Source of the DNA: an uncultured Candidatus Saccharibacteria bacterium
Lineage (GTDB): Bacteria; Patescibacteriota; Minisyncoccia; Phycocordibacterales; UBA9973
DNA: 64,000 nucleotides
NCBI GenBank assembly: GCA_964440545.1
Contig: CAYTSO010000003.1
Location: 35,184 to 99,183, forward strand
Direction: 5' to 3'
Position numbers and translations under genes: made by a program. The notes below the pieces were generated by a model, which was given only the letters and a program-made list of their open reading frames with translations, did not search any database and was not told the DNA's origin. Shown in pieces: positions 28,276 through 36,491 of the stretch (positions within the stretch are counted from its first letter, which is position 1; the number at the start of each line of letters is the position of its first letter).

Positions 28276-30029
28276 TGATGAAAGCACAAACTAAAAATTG
28301 TCAAAATTGCAAAAAAGACTTCGTCATTGAGACGGAGGATTTTAATTTCTATGAAAAAATCAAAGTTCCTCCACCGACTTGGTGTCCAGAATGCAGAATG
28401 ACAAGGCGATTTGCCTGGAGAAATGAAATTAATTTGTATAAAAGAAAATCTAGTCTATCCGGAGAAGAAATTATTAGCCAATATTCGAAAGATGTTGTTT
28501 TTCCAGTTTTTTCTGTAAAAGAGTACTATTCTAGAGAATGGGATATTCCTTTTGTGGATTATTCATTTGATAAAGGTTTTTTTGAGCAATTTTTTGCACT
28601 TCAACAAATAACGCCACATTGCGCGCTTTTAACTGACTTGCAATCAATGGAAAATGGTAGTATTTATCAGAATTCAGCAAGCCGAAACAAGAATTGCTAT
28701 ATGGTTAGCGCTTCAGGAGACAACGAAGATTCTCTGTATGGAAACAATCTAGACTATTCAAAAAACTCAATTGATTGCTTTTGGTGTAGGAGAACGAATT
28801 ATTCCTATGAGTCAACCGATTCGGTGGATTGCAATATGATCTTTTTTTCCGAGGAGTGTAAGCAGTGTGTTGATTGTTGGTTTTGTTTCGAATGCCGAAA
28901 TTGCGTAAACTGTTTTGGCTGTGCGGAGCTTAGAAACAAATCCTACTGTTTTTTCAATGAACAGCTTTCCCAGGAAGATTATAGTAAAAAAATTCAGGAT
29001 TTTTTTGAGAATCTGACAAGAGAAAAAATCGGTGAGATAAAAGATAAATTTAAGAAATTTAGTAATACTTTTCCTAGAAAATATGCCCATGTTGATTCAA
29101 ATAGTAATTATACTTCCTCTGGGGATTATATAATTAATTCAAAAAACGTTGTTAGAGGTTTTTTTATTCATGATAGTGAAAATGTTCGTTATTGCTCAAA
29201 AATAATTAAAGGCAGTGATTGCTGGGACACTAGTGATTGGGGAGATCCGATTGAGCTTTGCTACGAGAGTATAACAATAGGCAAGGGTGCTAATAAAATA
29301 TTTTTTTCTAATAACTGCTGGCCAGAATGTAGAGAAATACAGTATTGTGATTCTTGTTCAAGCTCTCACCACTTATTTGGTTGTATTGGTCTAAAAAATA
29401 AATCCTACTGCATCCTTAATAAGCAGTACGCTAAAGAAGAATACGAAGAACTAGTGCCAAAAATCATTCAGCATATGAACGATATGCCTCATATAGATAG
29501 TAAGGGTAGGGTATATAAATATGGAGAATTTTTCCCCGTAGAGCTTTCACCCTTTTTTTATAATGAAACAATCGCACAAGATTATTTTTCACTTTCTAAA
29601 AACCAGGCCCTTTTTTGTGGTTTTGGCTGGAAGGAAGAGGAAGAAAAAAACTACACGATAGACATTAAAAAGGGGCAAATACCTACAATTATTGATCAGG
29701 TCAATGAAGATATAATAAATAAGGTTTTAGAATGTGAACACGAAGGAAATTGCAACGAAAAGTGTACGAAGGCTTTTAGAATAGTAGAAGCAGAATTTCG
29801 ATTTTATAAAAAAATGAATTTACCTTTACCACATTTGTGCCCTAACTGTAGACACTACCAAAGACTGAAACAACGTAATCCATTAAAGCTTTGGCACCGA
29901 CAATGTATGTGTGAAAAAGAAGAGCACGGACATAGGGGTCGTTGCCCAATAGAATTTGAGACTTCTTATGCGCCCGAACGACCGGAGATTGTTTATTGTG
30001 AAAAGTGCTATCAGAAGGAAGTATATTAA
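28275..30029 (+). CDS. cysteine-rich multi-zinc-ribbon protein, unrecognised family (paralog 2)
   Basis: 584 aa. N- and C-termini nearly identical to paralog 1 (CQNCKKDF..WCPECR and ...RQCMCEKEEHGHRGRC...YCEKCYQKEVY). GTG/ATG start overlaps the dnaJ stop (TAGTGATG). Confidence 0.65.
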   Translation: MMKAQTKNCQNCKKDFVIETEDFNFYEKIKVPPPTWCPECRMTRRFAWRNEINLYKRKSSLSGEEIISQYSKDVVFPVFSVKEYYSREWDIPFVDYSFDKGFFEQFFALQQITPHCALLTDLQSMENGSIYQNSASRNKNCYMVSASGDNEDSLYGNNLDYSKNSIDCFWCRRTNYSYESTDSVDCNMIFFSEECKQCVDCWFCFECRNCVNCFGCAELRNKSYCFFNEQLSQEDYSKKIQDFFENLTREKIGEIKDKFKKFSNTFPRKYAHVDSNSNYTSSGDYIINSKNVVRGFFIHDSENVRYCSKIIKGSDCWDTSDWGDPIELCYESITIGKGANKIFFSNNCWPECREIQYCDSCSSSHHLFGCIGLKNKSYCILNKQYAKEEYEELVPKIIQHMNDMPHIDSKGRVYKYGEFFPVELSPFFYNETIAQDYFSLSKNQALFCGFGWKEEEEKNYTIDIKKGQIPTIIDQVNEDIINKVLECEHEGNCNEKCTKAFRIVEAEFRFYKKMNLPLPHLCPNCRHYQRLKQRNPLKLWHRQCMCEKEEHGHRGRCPIEFETSYAPERPEIVYCEKCYQKEVY

Positions 30030-30032
30030 TCT

Positions 30033-30623
30033 ATGTTTCCAGAACAAATTATTATTGTTGGAGTTTTGATAAATCTGCTCTGTTCTCTTTGGTATATCAA
30101 AAATATTTTAAGAGGGGATACTAGGCCGAATCCGGTTTCTTGGTTTATTTGGTCCTTGGCTCCATTTATTGGAGTATTTTTGCAATTAAAGGCTGGGGCC
30201 ACTTGGTCAGTGATGGGAGTATTCATGGCCGGTTTTGCCCCACTTCTAGTAGTAATTTTTTCCTTATTTAAAAAAAATGCCTTTTGGAAAATACAATCTT
30301 TTGATATTTTCTGTGGGCTTTTTTCTGTACTTGCTTTAGTTATTTATATAATAACAAGTAACCTATGGATTTCCATTCTTTTTGCTATTACCAGTGATTT
30401 TCTTGCTTACATTCCAACCTTTGTAAAATCATGGAAGAACCCAGAAAGTGAAACAAGTTCTGTATACTTGGGAGGAATAATTAACAACATCATCGCGATG
30501 CTGATTATTAAAAATTGGGCATTTGCCGTTTACTCTTTTCCGTTATATCTAGTGTTAGTGAATTTAGCCGAGGTGGCTGTGATTTACCGTAAAAAGTTTT
30601 TGAGAATAAAAATTATTTCTTAA
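30033..30623 (+). CDS. polytopic membrane protein, unknown function
   Basis: 196 aa with about six hydrophobic helices. No motif recognised. Confidence 0.45.
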   Translation: MFPEQIIIVGVLINLLCSLWYIKNILRGDTRPNPVSWFIWSLAPFIGVFLQLKAGATWSVMGVFMAGFAPLLVVIFSLFKKNAFWKIQSFDIFCGLFSVLALVIYIITSNLWISILFAITSDFLAYIPTFVKSWKNPESETSSVYLGGIINNIIAMLIIKNWAFAVYSFPLYLVLVNLAEVAVIYRKKFLRIKIIS

Positions 30624-31500
30624 ATTTTTTCTGAAACTTATTGGCAATAATTGTATAGCATAATTGGGCAGCGTTATATTCAGTAAGAACAGAGTCCTTT
30701 AATGGAGAGACCTCTACAATATCCGCACCGATTAAATTGAATTTTTTAGCTGCTTTTTCAATTAAATCAGTTCCATAATACCAGGAAAGTCCTCCTGATA
30801 CTGGGGTGCCTGTGCCAGGCATATAAGCAGGATCAAAACCATCAACATCAATAGTGACATAGACATATTTTGTTTTGATTGATTTTAATATTTTTTCTAC
30901 TGGAATTATTGTTTTACCCCACTCAAATACTTTTATATTGTTTTTAGGGTCACTAAAATATTCATATTCATCTTTCGAATAAGTGCGTATGCCAACCTGT
31001 ATGATTTTATAACCCAATTTGCTTGCATGCCGCATGACGGTTGAATGTGCTAAATTTGATGGTTTCTTGCTATAATCACTATCGTCTTTTCGTAGATCAC
31101 AATGAGCGTCTATTTGCAAAATGGTAACGTCCGCCGGATTATATTTTTTAGCGATTGCCTGGAAAGCTCCCACAGACACAGAATGTTCTCCGCCCAAAAG
31201 AAGAATAAATTTATTATTCTTTATGAGTTCTTGGTAAGTATTTTTTATTTTTTGTAAAACCTGAGGAGGGGAGAGTCTTTGTAGGTTCTGTAGATTTTGA
31301 TGAGCAATTTTTACAAAATTATTTACTTCAATCTTGAATTTTCTGTCAAAAAATTCTATTTGGGTATCCAAGCACTCGATAATTTTTTTGGGACCATTAG
31401 CGGTTCCCTTATGAAAAGAAGCAGTTTTTTCGTATCCAGCTGACACTAGTACCACGTCCGCCTTGTCTATTTTTTTCTCATTAATAATTGTTTTAATCAT
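30613..31500 (-). CDS. ureohydrolase (agmatinase/arginase family)
   Basis: GGEHS, DAHCD, DVDGFDP and PGTGTPVSGGL metal-binding motifs of the arginase fold. Confidence 0.8.
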   Translation of the reverse strand: MIKTIINEKKIDKADVVLVSAGYEKTASFHKGTANGPKKIIECLDTQIEFFDRKFKIEVNNFVKIAHQNLQNLQRLSPPQVLQKIKNTYQELIKNNKFILLLGGEHSVSVGAFQAIAKKYNPADVTILQIDAHCDLRKDDSDYSKKPSNLAHSTVMRHASKLGYKIIQVGIRTYSKDEYEYFSDPKNNIKVFEWGKTIIPVEKILKSIKTKYVYVTIDVDGFDPAYMPGTGTPVSGGLSWYYGTDLIEKAAKKFNLIGADIVEVSPLKDSVLTEYNAAQLCYTIIANKFQKKFKK

Positions 31501-31502
31501 TG

Positions 31503-32861
31503 TTAGATTTTATTTATTTTATATTCGTTGCCAAGATCTTTAATTTCATATCCTAAGCTATTTATTTCTTTTCGCAACTCATCCGACTTTTTGAAATCCT
31601 TATTTTTACGTGCCCCTTCGCGTTCCTTAGCGAGTTTTAATATTTCTTCCGGAATTGCCTCTTCTTTTAGGTTTTCAAAACCGAGTCCGAGAACTTTGTC
31701 AAAATCTAAAATAGTTGCCTTTTTATCACCATTGGACATGTTTTCGTCCTTCGCCACATCCCAAAGTAGAGCCAATGCTCTTGGTGTGTCCAAGTCGTCC
31801 TCAAGGTATTCCTTAAACTTATTTTGGTATTCCTTATGTACTTGTCCCATATCGTCTCCAAGGCCTAAATAAAGCGAATGTAGGCGTTTTAAGGCCGTTT
31901 CTGCGCCCTCCAGAGCTTCCCAGACAAAGTTTACCCGGGTTCGATAATTGGCCATCAGGAGCCAAAATCTATAGACCAAGGGATCCAGTTCTCTTGTTTG
32001 TAAATCTCTTAGAGTGTAGAAATTATTAAATGATTTAGCCATTTTTTTATTATCTACCAATACCCATTCGTTATGCATCCAATACTTTACAAAGGGCGTT
32101 TTTCCGGTGGCGCCTTCAGATTGGGCGATTTCATTTTCATGGTGGGGAAAGATGTTGTCTACACCTCCGGTATGAATATCGATTTGTTCCCCGAGATTTT
32201 TTATAGACATGGCCGAACACTCAATATGCCAGCCAGGACGTCCCTTGCCCAAGGTCGTTTCCCAGAAAATATCCCCATCTTTTTCATCCCAAGCTTTCCA
32301 TAGTGCAAAGTCTTGAGCGTTTTCTTTATCGTATTCGTCTGAAGTAATTCTACCCCCAGCATTTTCCTTTTGATTTTCCAGGACCAAGTGTGAAAGTTTG
32401 CCATAATTTTTAAATTTTTTTATTTCAAAATAAACAGAACCGTCCCTGCTTTTATAAGCGAGTTTTTTGTCTAGAAGTTTTTCAATAATCTCAACCATTT
32501 CTGGAATGTAGTCTGTGGCTTTGGTGAACTTCGTTGGTTCAAGAATATTAAGAGATTTTATGTCTTTAAAAAATTCTTCGGAATAAAATTCCGTGAATTC
32601 TCTTAGGGTTTTATTTTCTTTCTGTGATTCACGAATAGTCTTATCATCAATATCAGTTAAATTCATTATGTGGCGTACTTTATAACCTTCATAAAGCAGC
32701 ACTCTTTTTAAAACATCAGCAAAGACATAAGCCCGATAATTTCCAATATGAGGGTAATTGTAAACCGTTGGTCCGCAACTGTACATCCGGACATCTTTTT
32801 TGTCGTACGGAACAAAAATTTCTTTTTCTCGACTCAGGGTGTTGTAAAATTTTAAAGCCAC
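31503..32861 (-). CDS. cysS: cysteine--tRNA ligase
   Basis: CGPTVYNYPHIGNYR (HIGH region), NLTDIDDKTI, and KMAKSFNN in place of KMSKS. Confidence 0.9.
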   Translation of the reverse strand: MALKFYNTLSREKEIFVPYDKKDVRMYSCGPTVYNYPHIGNYRAYVFADVLKRVLLYEGYKVRHIMNLTDIDDKTIRESQKENKTLREFTEFYSEEFFKDIKSLNILEPTKFTKATDYIPEMVEIIEKLLDKKLAYKSRDGSVYFEIKKFKNYGKLSHLVLENQKENAGGRITSDEYDKENAQDFALWKAWDEKDGDIFWETTLGKGRPGWHIECSAMSIKNLGEQIDIHTGGVDNIFPHHENEIAQSEGATGKTPFVKYWMHNEWVLVDNKKMAKSFNNFYTLRDLQTRELDPLVYRFWLLMANYRTRVNFVWEALEGAETALKRLHSLYLGLGDDMGQVHKEYQNKFKEYLEDDLDTPRALALLWDVAKDENMSNGDKKATILDFDKVLGLGFENLKEEAIPEEILKLAKEREGARKNKDFKKSDELRKEINSLGYEIKDLGNEYKINKI

Positions 32862-32862
32862 T

Positions 32863-33906
32863 TTATTTAAATTCGCCTTGATAAATTTCAGTTAAAGTAT
32901 AGAGCAAGCTAACAGTGAGCGGGCCGATTAAAATGCCGACAGGGCCCAGCAAGGAAATACCACCCAACACAGAAAAAAGTATCAGGAATGGCGGAATTCT
33001 AATTTTGTTTCCAATGACATAAGGGGCCAGGAAGTTATCAACCATCCCAACGATAACAACAGACCAGATCAAAAGACCCAAGGCGGAGCCAAGATGCCCA
33101 GTCAAAAAAAGAAAAATTATTGCTGGAACAGAAACGAGGGCGGTACCGATGGTAGGGATAAGCGAAGTTATGGCTGCAACCACTCCCCAAATAGCAAAAT
33201 TCTGTATGCCAAAGATACTTAAACCTGCCCCCATCAAAAGACCCTGGACTAGGGCGATGAAAACAGTTCCTCTCAATACGCCGTTTATTGTTTGAGAAAG
33301 TCTATTTACTATTTTATTGTCGTCAGTATCCGAAAGAGGGCTTAATCTTACAAGAACCCTTCTCCATCTTTCTCCGTCCTTCAAAAAATAAAAGATAGCT
33401 AAAAATAGCAACAAGAGCGAAAATAAAAATGTAGCGGTTGTGCTGAATATTTTTGCTAGATTGCTAGTTAGGAAGGAGATAAAGTCAGAAATTCTTTCGT
33501 TGATGTCAAAAGACACACCGCTTGGTAATATTTCGTTAATTTTGCTTCCAATTAAATTTATAGACGGCAGGGTGTTACCGTTGTTTATGACAGAATAATA
33601 CAAATCCTGAGATTGGTTAAAAACTATGGAGCCAATACCAAAAAGTGGGACACAAAGCACCAGAATAAACAGAAGCAAGGTTATTAATGCGGAAAGCCAG
33701 CCAGGAAAACGCTTTTCGTGTAGCCAGGCGTATATCGGGTGAAGCATTACCGAAAAAGAAGCTCCTAGCACTAACACAATCCAGAAAGGACGAAAAACCA
33801 AAAAAGTAAAAACAAGGGTAGCTAATAATAACCCAAAGAAAAAATATCTTTCTATAATTTTTTGTTGCATATTGTGAATTATAGCAGAAACCATGCCCCG
33901 CACCAA
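32863..33906 (-). CDS. AI-2E family transporter (UPF0118/PerM-like)
   Basis: Eight-TM profile with the conserved C-terminal LIPTIGTALVSVPAIIFLF segment. Confidence 0.65.
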   Translation of the reverse strand: MVRGMVSAIIHNMQQKIIERYFFFGLLLATLVFTFLVFRPFWIVLVLGASFSVMLHPIYAWLHEKRFPGWLSALITLLLFILVLCVPLFGIGSIVFNQSQDLYYSVINNGNTLPSINLIGSKINEILPSGVSFDINERISDFISFLTSNLAKIFSTTATFLFSLLLLFLAIFYFLKDGERWRRVLVRLSPLSDTDDNKIVNRLSQTINGVLRGTVFIALVQGLLMGAGLSIFGIQNFAIWGVVAAITSLIPTIGTALVSVPAIIFLFLTGHLGSALGLLIWSVVIVGMVDNFLAPYVIGNKIRIPPFLILFSVLGGISLLGPVGILIGPLTVSLLYTLTEIYQGEFK

Positions 33907-33961
33907 GCCTGCTTTGGTGCGGGGTTGCCTTTTTGTGAAATATCATATAATATAAGGCCAT

Positions 33962-34288
33962 ATGAAGAAAGAGGAATTTGCAGTAATACATACAGGCGGA
34001 AAACAATATAAAGTCTCTGAAGGAGGCGTTGTTTCTATTGAGAAAATAAAAGGCGAATTCAAAAAAGGAGATAAATTGTCTTTCGATAAAGTCATGCTAG
34101 TGGATGATGGCAAGGATACAACTATCGGTACCCCTTATATTAAAGGAGCAAAAGTAGAAGGGGAGTTAATAGAAATCGGACGATCTAAAAAAGTACTGGT
34201 GGTAAAATACAAACAAAAATCTCGTTATCTAAAACGCAACGGCCACCGTCAACCGTTTTTCAAAGTAAAAATTAGCTCGATAAAATAA
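33962..34288 (+). CDS. rplU: 50S ribosomal protein L21
   Basis: FAVIHTGGKQYKVSEGGVVSIEKI...KVLVVKYKQKSRYLKRNGHRQPFFKVKI. Confidence 0.9.
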   Translation: MKKEEFAVIHTGGKQYKVSEGGVVSIEKIKGEFKKGDKLSFDKVMLVDDGKDTTIGTPYIKGAKVEGELIEIGRSKKVLVVKYKQKSRYLKRNGHRQPFFKVKISSIK

Positions 34289-34290
34289 AA

Positions 34291-34316
34291 AATCCCGTTT
34301 GACGGGATTTTTTATT
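34291..34316 (+). terminator. intrinsic terminator after rplU
   Basis: AATCCCG-TTTG-ACGGGATT hairpin followed by a T-run. Confidence 0.6.
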
Positions 34317-34410
34317 TGTGTTTGCATTTTGCATGTTTTTGTATAGTATAAAATTTGGTGGACAAAAATTGCCCTTTGACATATGTGCAAACCCCAGAAA
34401 GGAGTTGACC

Positions 34411-35832
34411 ATGCCAAATCTAATGCTTCCGGGGAACCCCCGGTACCAACCGAAGGAACTTCAAGCGTTCTTCGGCTACGACAGATTGTTTGAGGCTGTC
34501 GCTAGTGTCGAGATCGCGACCATGCAAACCTTGGCCGAGATCGGTATCATCCCTGCGGCGGACATCACCGTGCTTACTTCGGTGATCAAAGAAGAACTTT
34601 TTGCTATCTCGACGAGCGAAGTTGACGAGCTTGAGCGGAGAGTAACCAAGCACGACATCCGCGCTTGGGTGCGAATTGCCCAGGGCAAAATGGAGCCCGG
34701 GCTTCGTCGGTGGGTCCACGTGCCGCTGACGAGCTACGACGCACTCGACACTGCTCGTGCGGTGCAGTTCGTGCAAGCTCACAACAATGTGGTGAAGAGA
34801 TTCACAAACAAAGTGATCAGTCACTTTGTGGATCAGGTCTACCGTTTTGCTGACCAACCGCAGATTGGCCGAACACACGGCCAGCACGCCCTTCCTATCA
34901 CGGTCGGATTCTGGTTCGCAACAATTTTGAACCGGATTCTCTCCAACATCCAAGCGGCCAACGCTGCTGCGGAAAAACTGGTCGGGAAGATCTCAGGAGC
35001 CGTGGGCGTGTATAACGCTCAGGTTGGTCTTGGTATTTTGGCTCGTTGCGGAAGCAAAACCTTCGAGGAGCGTGTGCTCGAGAAGCTCGGCCTTAAGCCC
35101 GCGCCGATCAGCACGCAGATTCTCCCTCCGGAGCCACTCGCGGACTACTTGTTTGCTTGTGTTAAGCTCTCTGCTACGTTCGGTCAGTTCGGACTCGATG
35201 GACGGCATCTTATGCGTACCGAGATTGCCGAACTCGGGGAACCTTTCGAGTCGGGTCAGGTTGGTTCTTCGACCATGGCCCACAAACGAAACCCTATCAA
35301 CTTTGAAAACTTGGAGGGAACCTGGAAGAAGAACAAGGCTGAGTTCTACAAGGTGCTCGAGTGCATGACGAGCGAGCACCAGCGGGACTTGGTTGGTAGT
35401 TCAATCACTCGCGATTTCCCGACGATCGTCGTGAACGTCGTCAACCAGCTGAATACTCTGCTTCGAGAAGCGGGAGGCAAACCGTTTATCTCTCGCATCT
35501 CGGTCGACAAGGCTGCTTGTGAGCGGAACCTCAAAGCTCAGGGCGATGCTATTCTTGCAGAGCCGATTTACATTGCTCTTCAAATGGCTGGTTATGAAGG
35601 CGATGCTCATGAGCTCGTGAACCATGTGGCTTTGCCGTACGCGAAGAAACACAACATGTTGTTGCTTGCGGCGACGCGCCAAGTGCTTTCGGATTGCAAC
35701 AGCATCGTTTGGAAAAACATTCCGAGTGACACTGTTCAGATGCTTGAGGATTCCGAGCGCTACACCGGCAACGCGGCAGAAAAGGCGTACGAAATCGCCA
35801 AAGCCGCCGAAGCGTATCTCAAGACGAAGTAG
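34411..35832 (+). CDS. purB: adenylosuccinate lyase (class II fumarate-lyase family), high-GC
   Basis: GSSTMAHKRNPINFEN lyase signature with PurB-type NP(I/V)(D/N)FEN. AAAGGAG RBS 7 nt before the ATG at 34411. GC content is far above the flanks. The track ORF start at 34318 is an artefactual extension. Confidence 0.85.
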   Translation: MPNLMLPGNPRYQPKELQAFFGYDRLFEAVASVEIATMQTLAEIGIIPAADITVLTSVIKEELFAISTSEVDELERRVTKHDIRAWVRIAQGKMEPGLRRWVHVPLTSYDALDTARAVQFVQAHNNVVKRFTNKVISHFVDQVYRFADQPQIGRTHGQHALPITVGFWFATILNRILSNIQAANAAAEKLVGKISGAVGVYNAQVGLGILARCGSKTFEERVLEKLGLKPAPISTQILPPEPLADYLFACVKLSATFGQFGLDGRHLMRTEIAELGEPFESGQVGSSTMAHKRNPINFENLEGTWKKNKAEFYKVLECMTSEHQRDLVGSSITRDFPTIVVNVVNQLNTLLREAGGKPFISRISVDKAACERNLKAQGDAILAEPIYIALQMAGYEGDAHELVNHVALPYAKKHNMLLLAATRQVLSDCNSIVWKNIPSDTVQMLEDSERYTGNAAEKAYEIAKAAEAYLKTK

Positions 35833-35850
35833 TAGAAACATCACAAACTC

Positions 35851-35880
35851 AAAAGGAGGGGCTTCGGCCTCTCCTTTTTA
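35851..35880. terminator. bidirectional intrinsic terminator between purB and recR
   Basis: AAAA-GGAGGGGC-TTCG-GCCTCTCC-TTTTT, with an A-run and T-run on either side. Confidence 0.6.
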
Positions 35881-36489
35881 CTGTCTATTTTTTAGGGCGT
35901 TTTTGAGAGTGTCATTGTCGGAATATTCTAATTCAGTGCCGGTAGAGAGACCTTTACCGAGGGAAGAAATTTTTATGTCCGACTTTTCGCAAAGGCTTTT
36001 TAATTGTTCTCGTACGTATGCATCAGTATGGTCGCCCTGTGGACTGATAGAAAAAGCTAAAATTATTTCCTTCAATTCTTTTTCACGCTCAATTTTCTTT
36101 TTTAATTCTTCAATTCGTACTCGACTTCTGGTGTTTTTTTCAACAATCGGGACCAGTCCACCCAGAACAAAATATTTTCCATGATAGGCGTGACTCTTTT
36201 TTACGCTTTCTAAATCAGAATCTTTTTCTACTACCATCAACACAGAGGAATCAGTGTGTTGATTCGCGCAAATCTCACAGACTTTTTCTTTTTTGGAATT
36301 TAAAATAAAGAATCGATAACATTCCTTGCATTGCGCTGTTTCTTTTTTTAGTTCAGAAATCAAGGAAGATAAATTTTCACCATAGGCGGGAGTTTTGGCC
36401 ATTAAAAAATAGACAAAACGTCGCGCTTGTCGTTCTCCGATACCCGGGAATTCCTTAAAAATTTCTGTTAGTTTATCTATGATGTCCAT
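35878..36489 (-). CDS. recR: recombination protein RecR
   Basis: FPGIGERQARRFVYFL (HhH), a C4 zinc finger (CKEC...CEIC) and a Toprim domain. Confidence 0.9.
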   Translation of the reverse strand: MDIIDKLTEIFKEFPGIGERQARRFVYFLMAKTPAYGENLSSLISELKKETAQCKECYRFFILNSKKEKVCEICANQHTDSSVLMVVEKDSDLESVKKSHAYHGKYFVLGGLVPIVEKNTRSRVRIEELKKKIEREKELKEIILAFSISPQGDHTDAYVREQLKSLCEKSDIKISSLGKGLSTGTELEYSDNDTLKNALKNRQ

Positions 36490-36491
36490 AT

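Noticed and set aside
34420-35844. Several long minus-strand and alternative-frame ORFs inside the purB-like gene (34420..34953, 34476..34688, 34993..35379, 35346..35534, 35401..35844, 34665..34853, 35024..35368)
   Set aside because: High-GC DNA has few stop codons in any frame. Their products are Arg/Pro/Ser-rich low-complexity sequences. The plus-strand frame carries an unambiguous adenylosuccinate lyase signature.
35624-36184. 186-aa plus-strand ORF spanning the purB end, terminator and recR
   Set aside because: It crosses a strong bidirectional terminator. Its product is low-complexity (Arg/Ser-rich). It is antisense to the well-supported recR.
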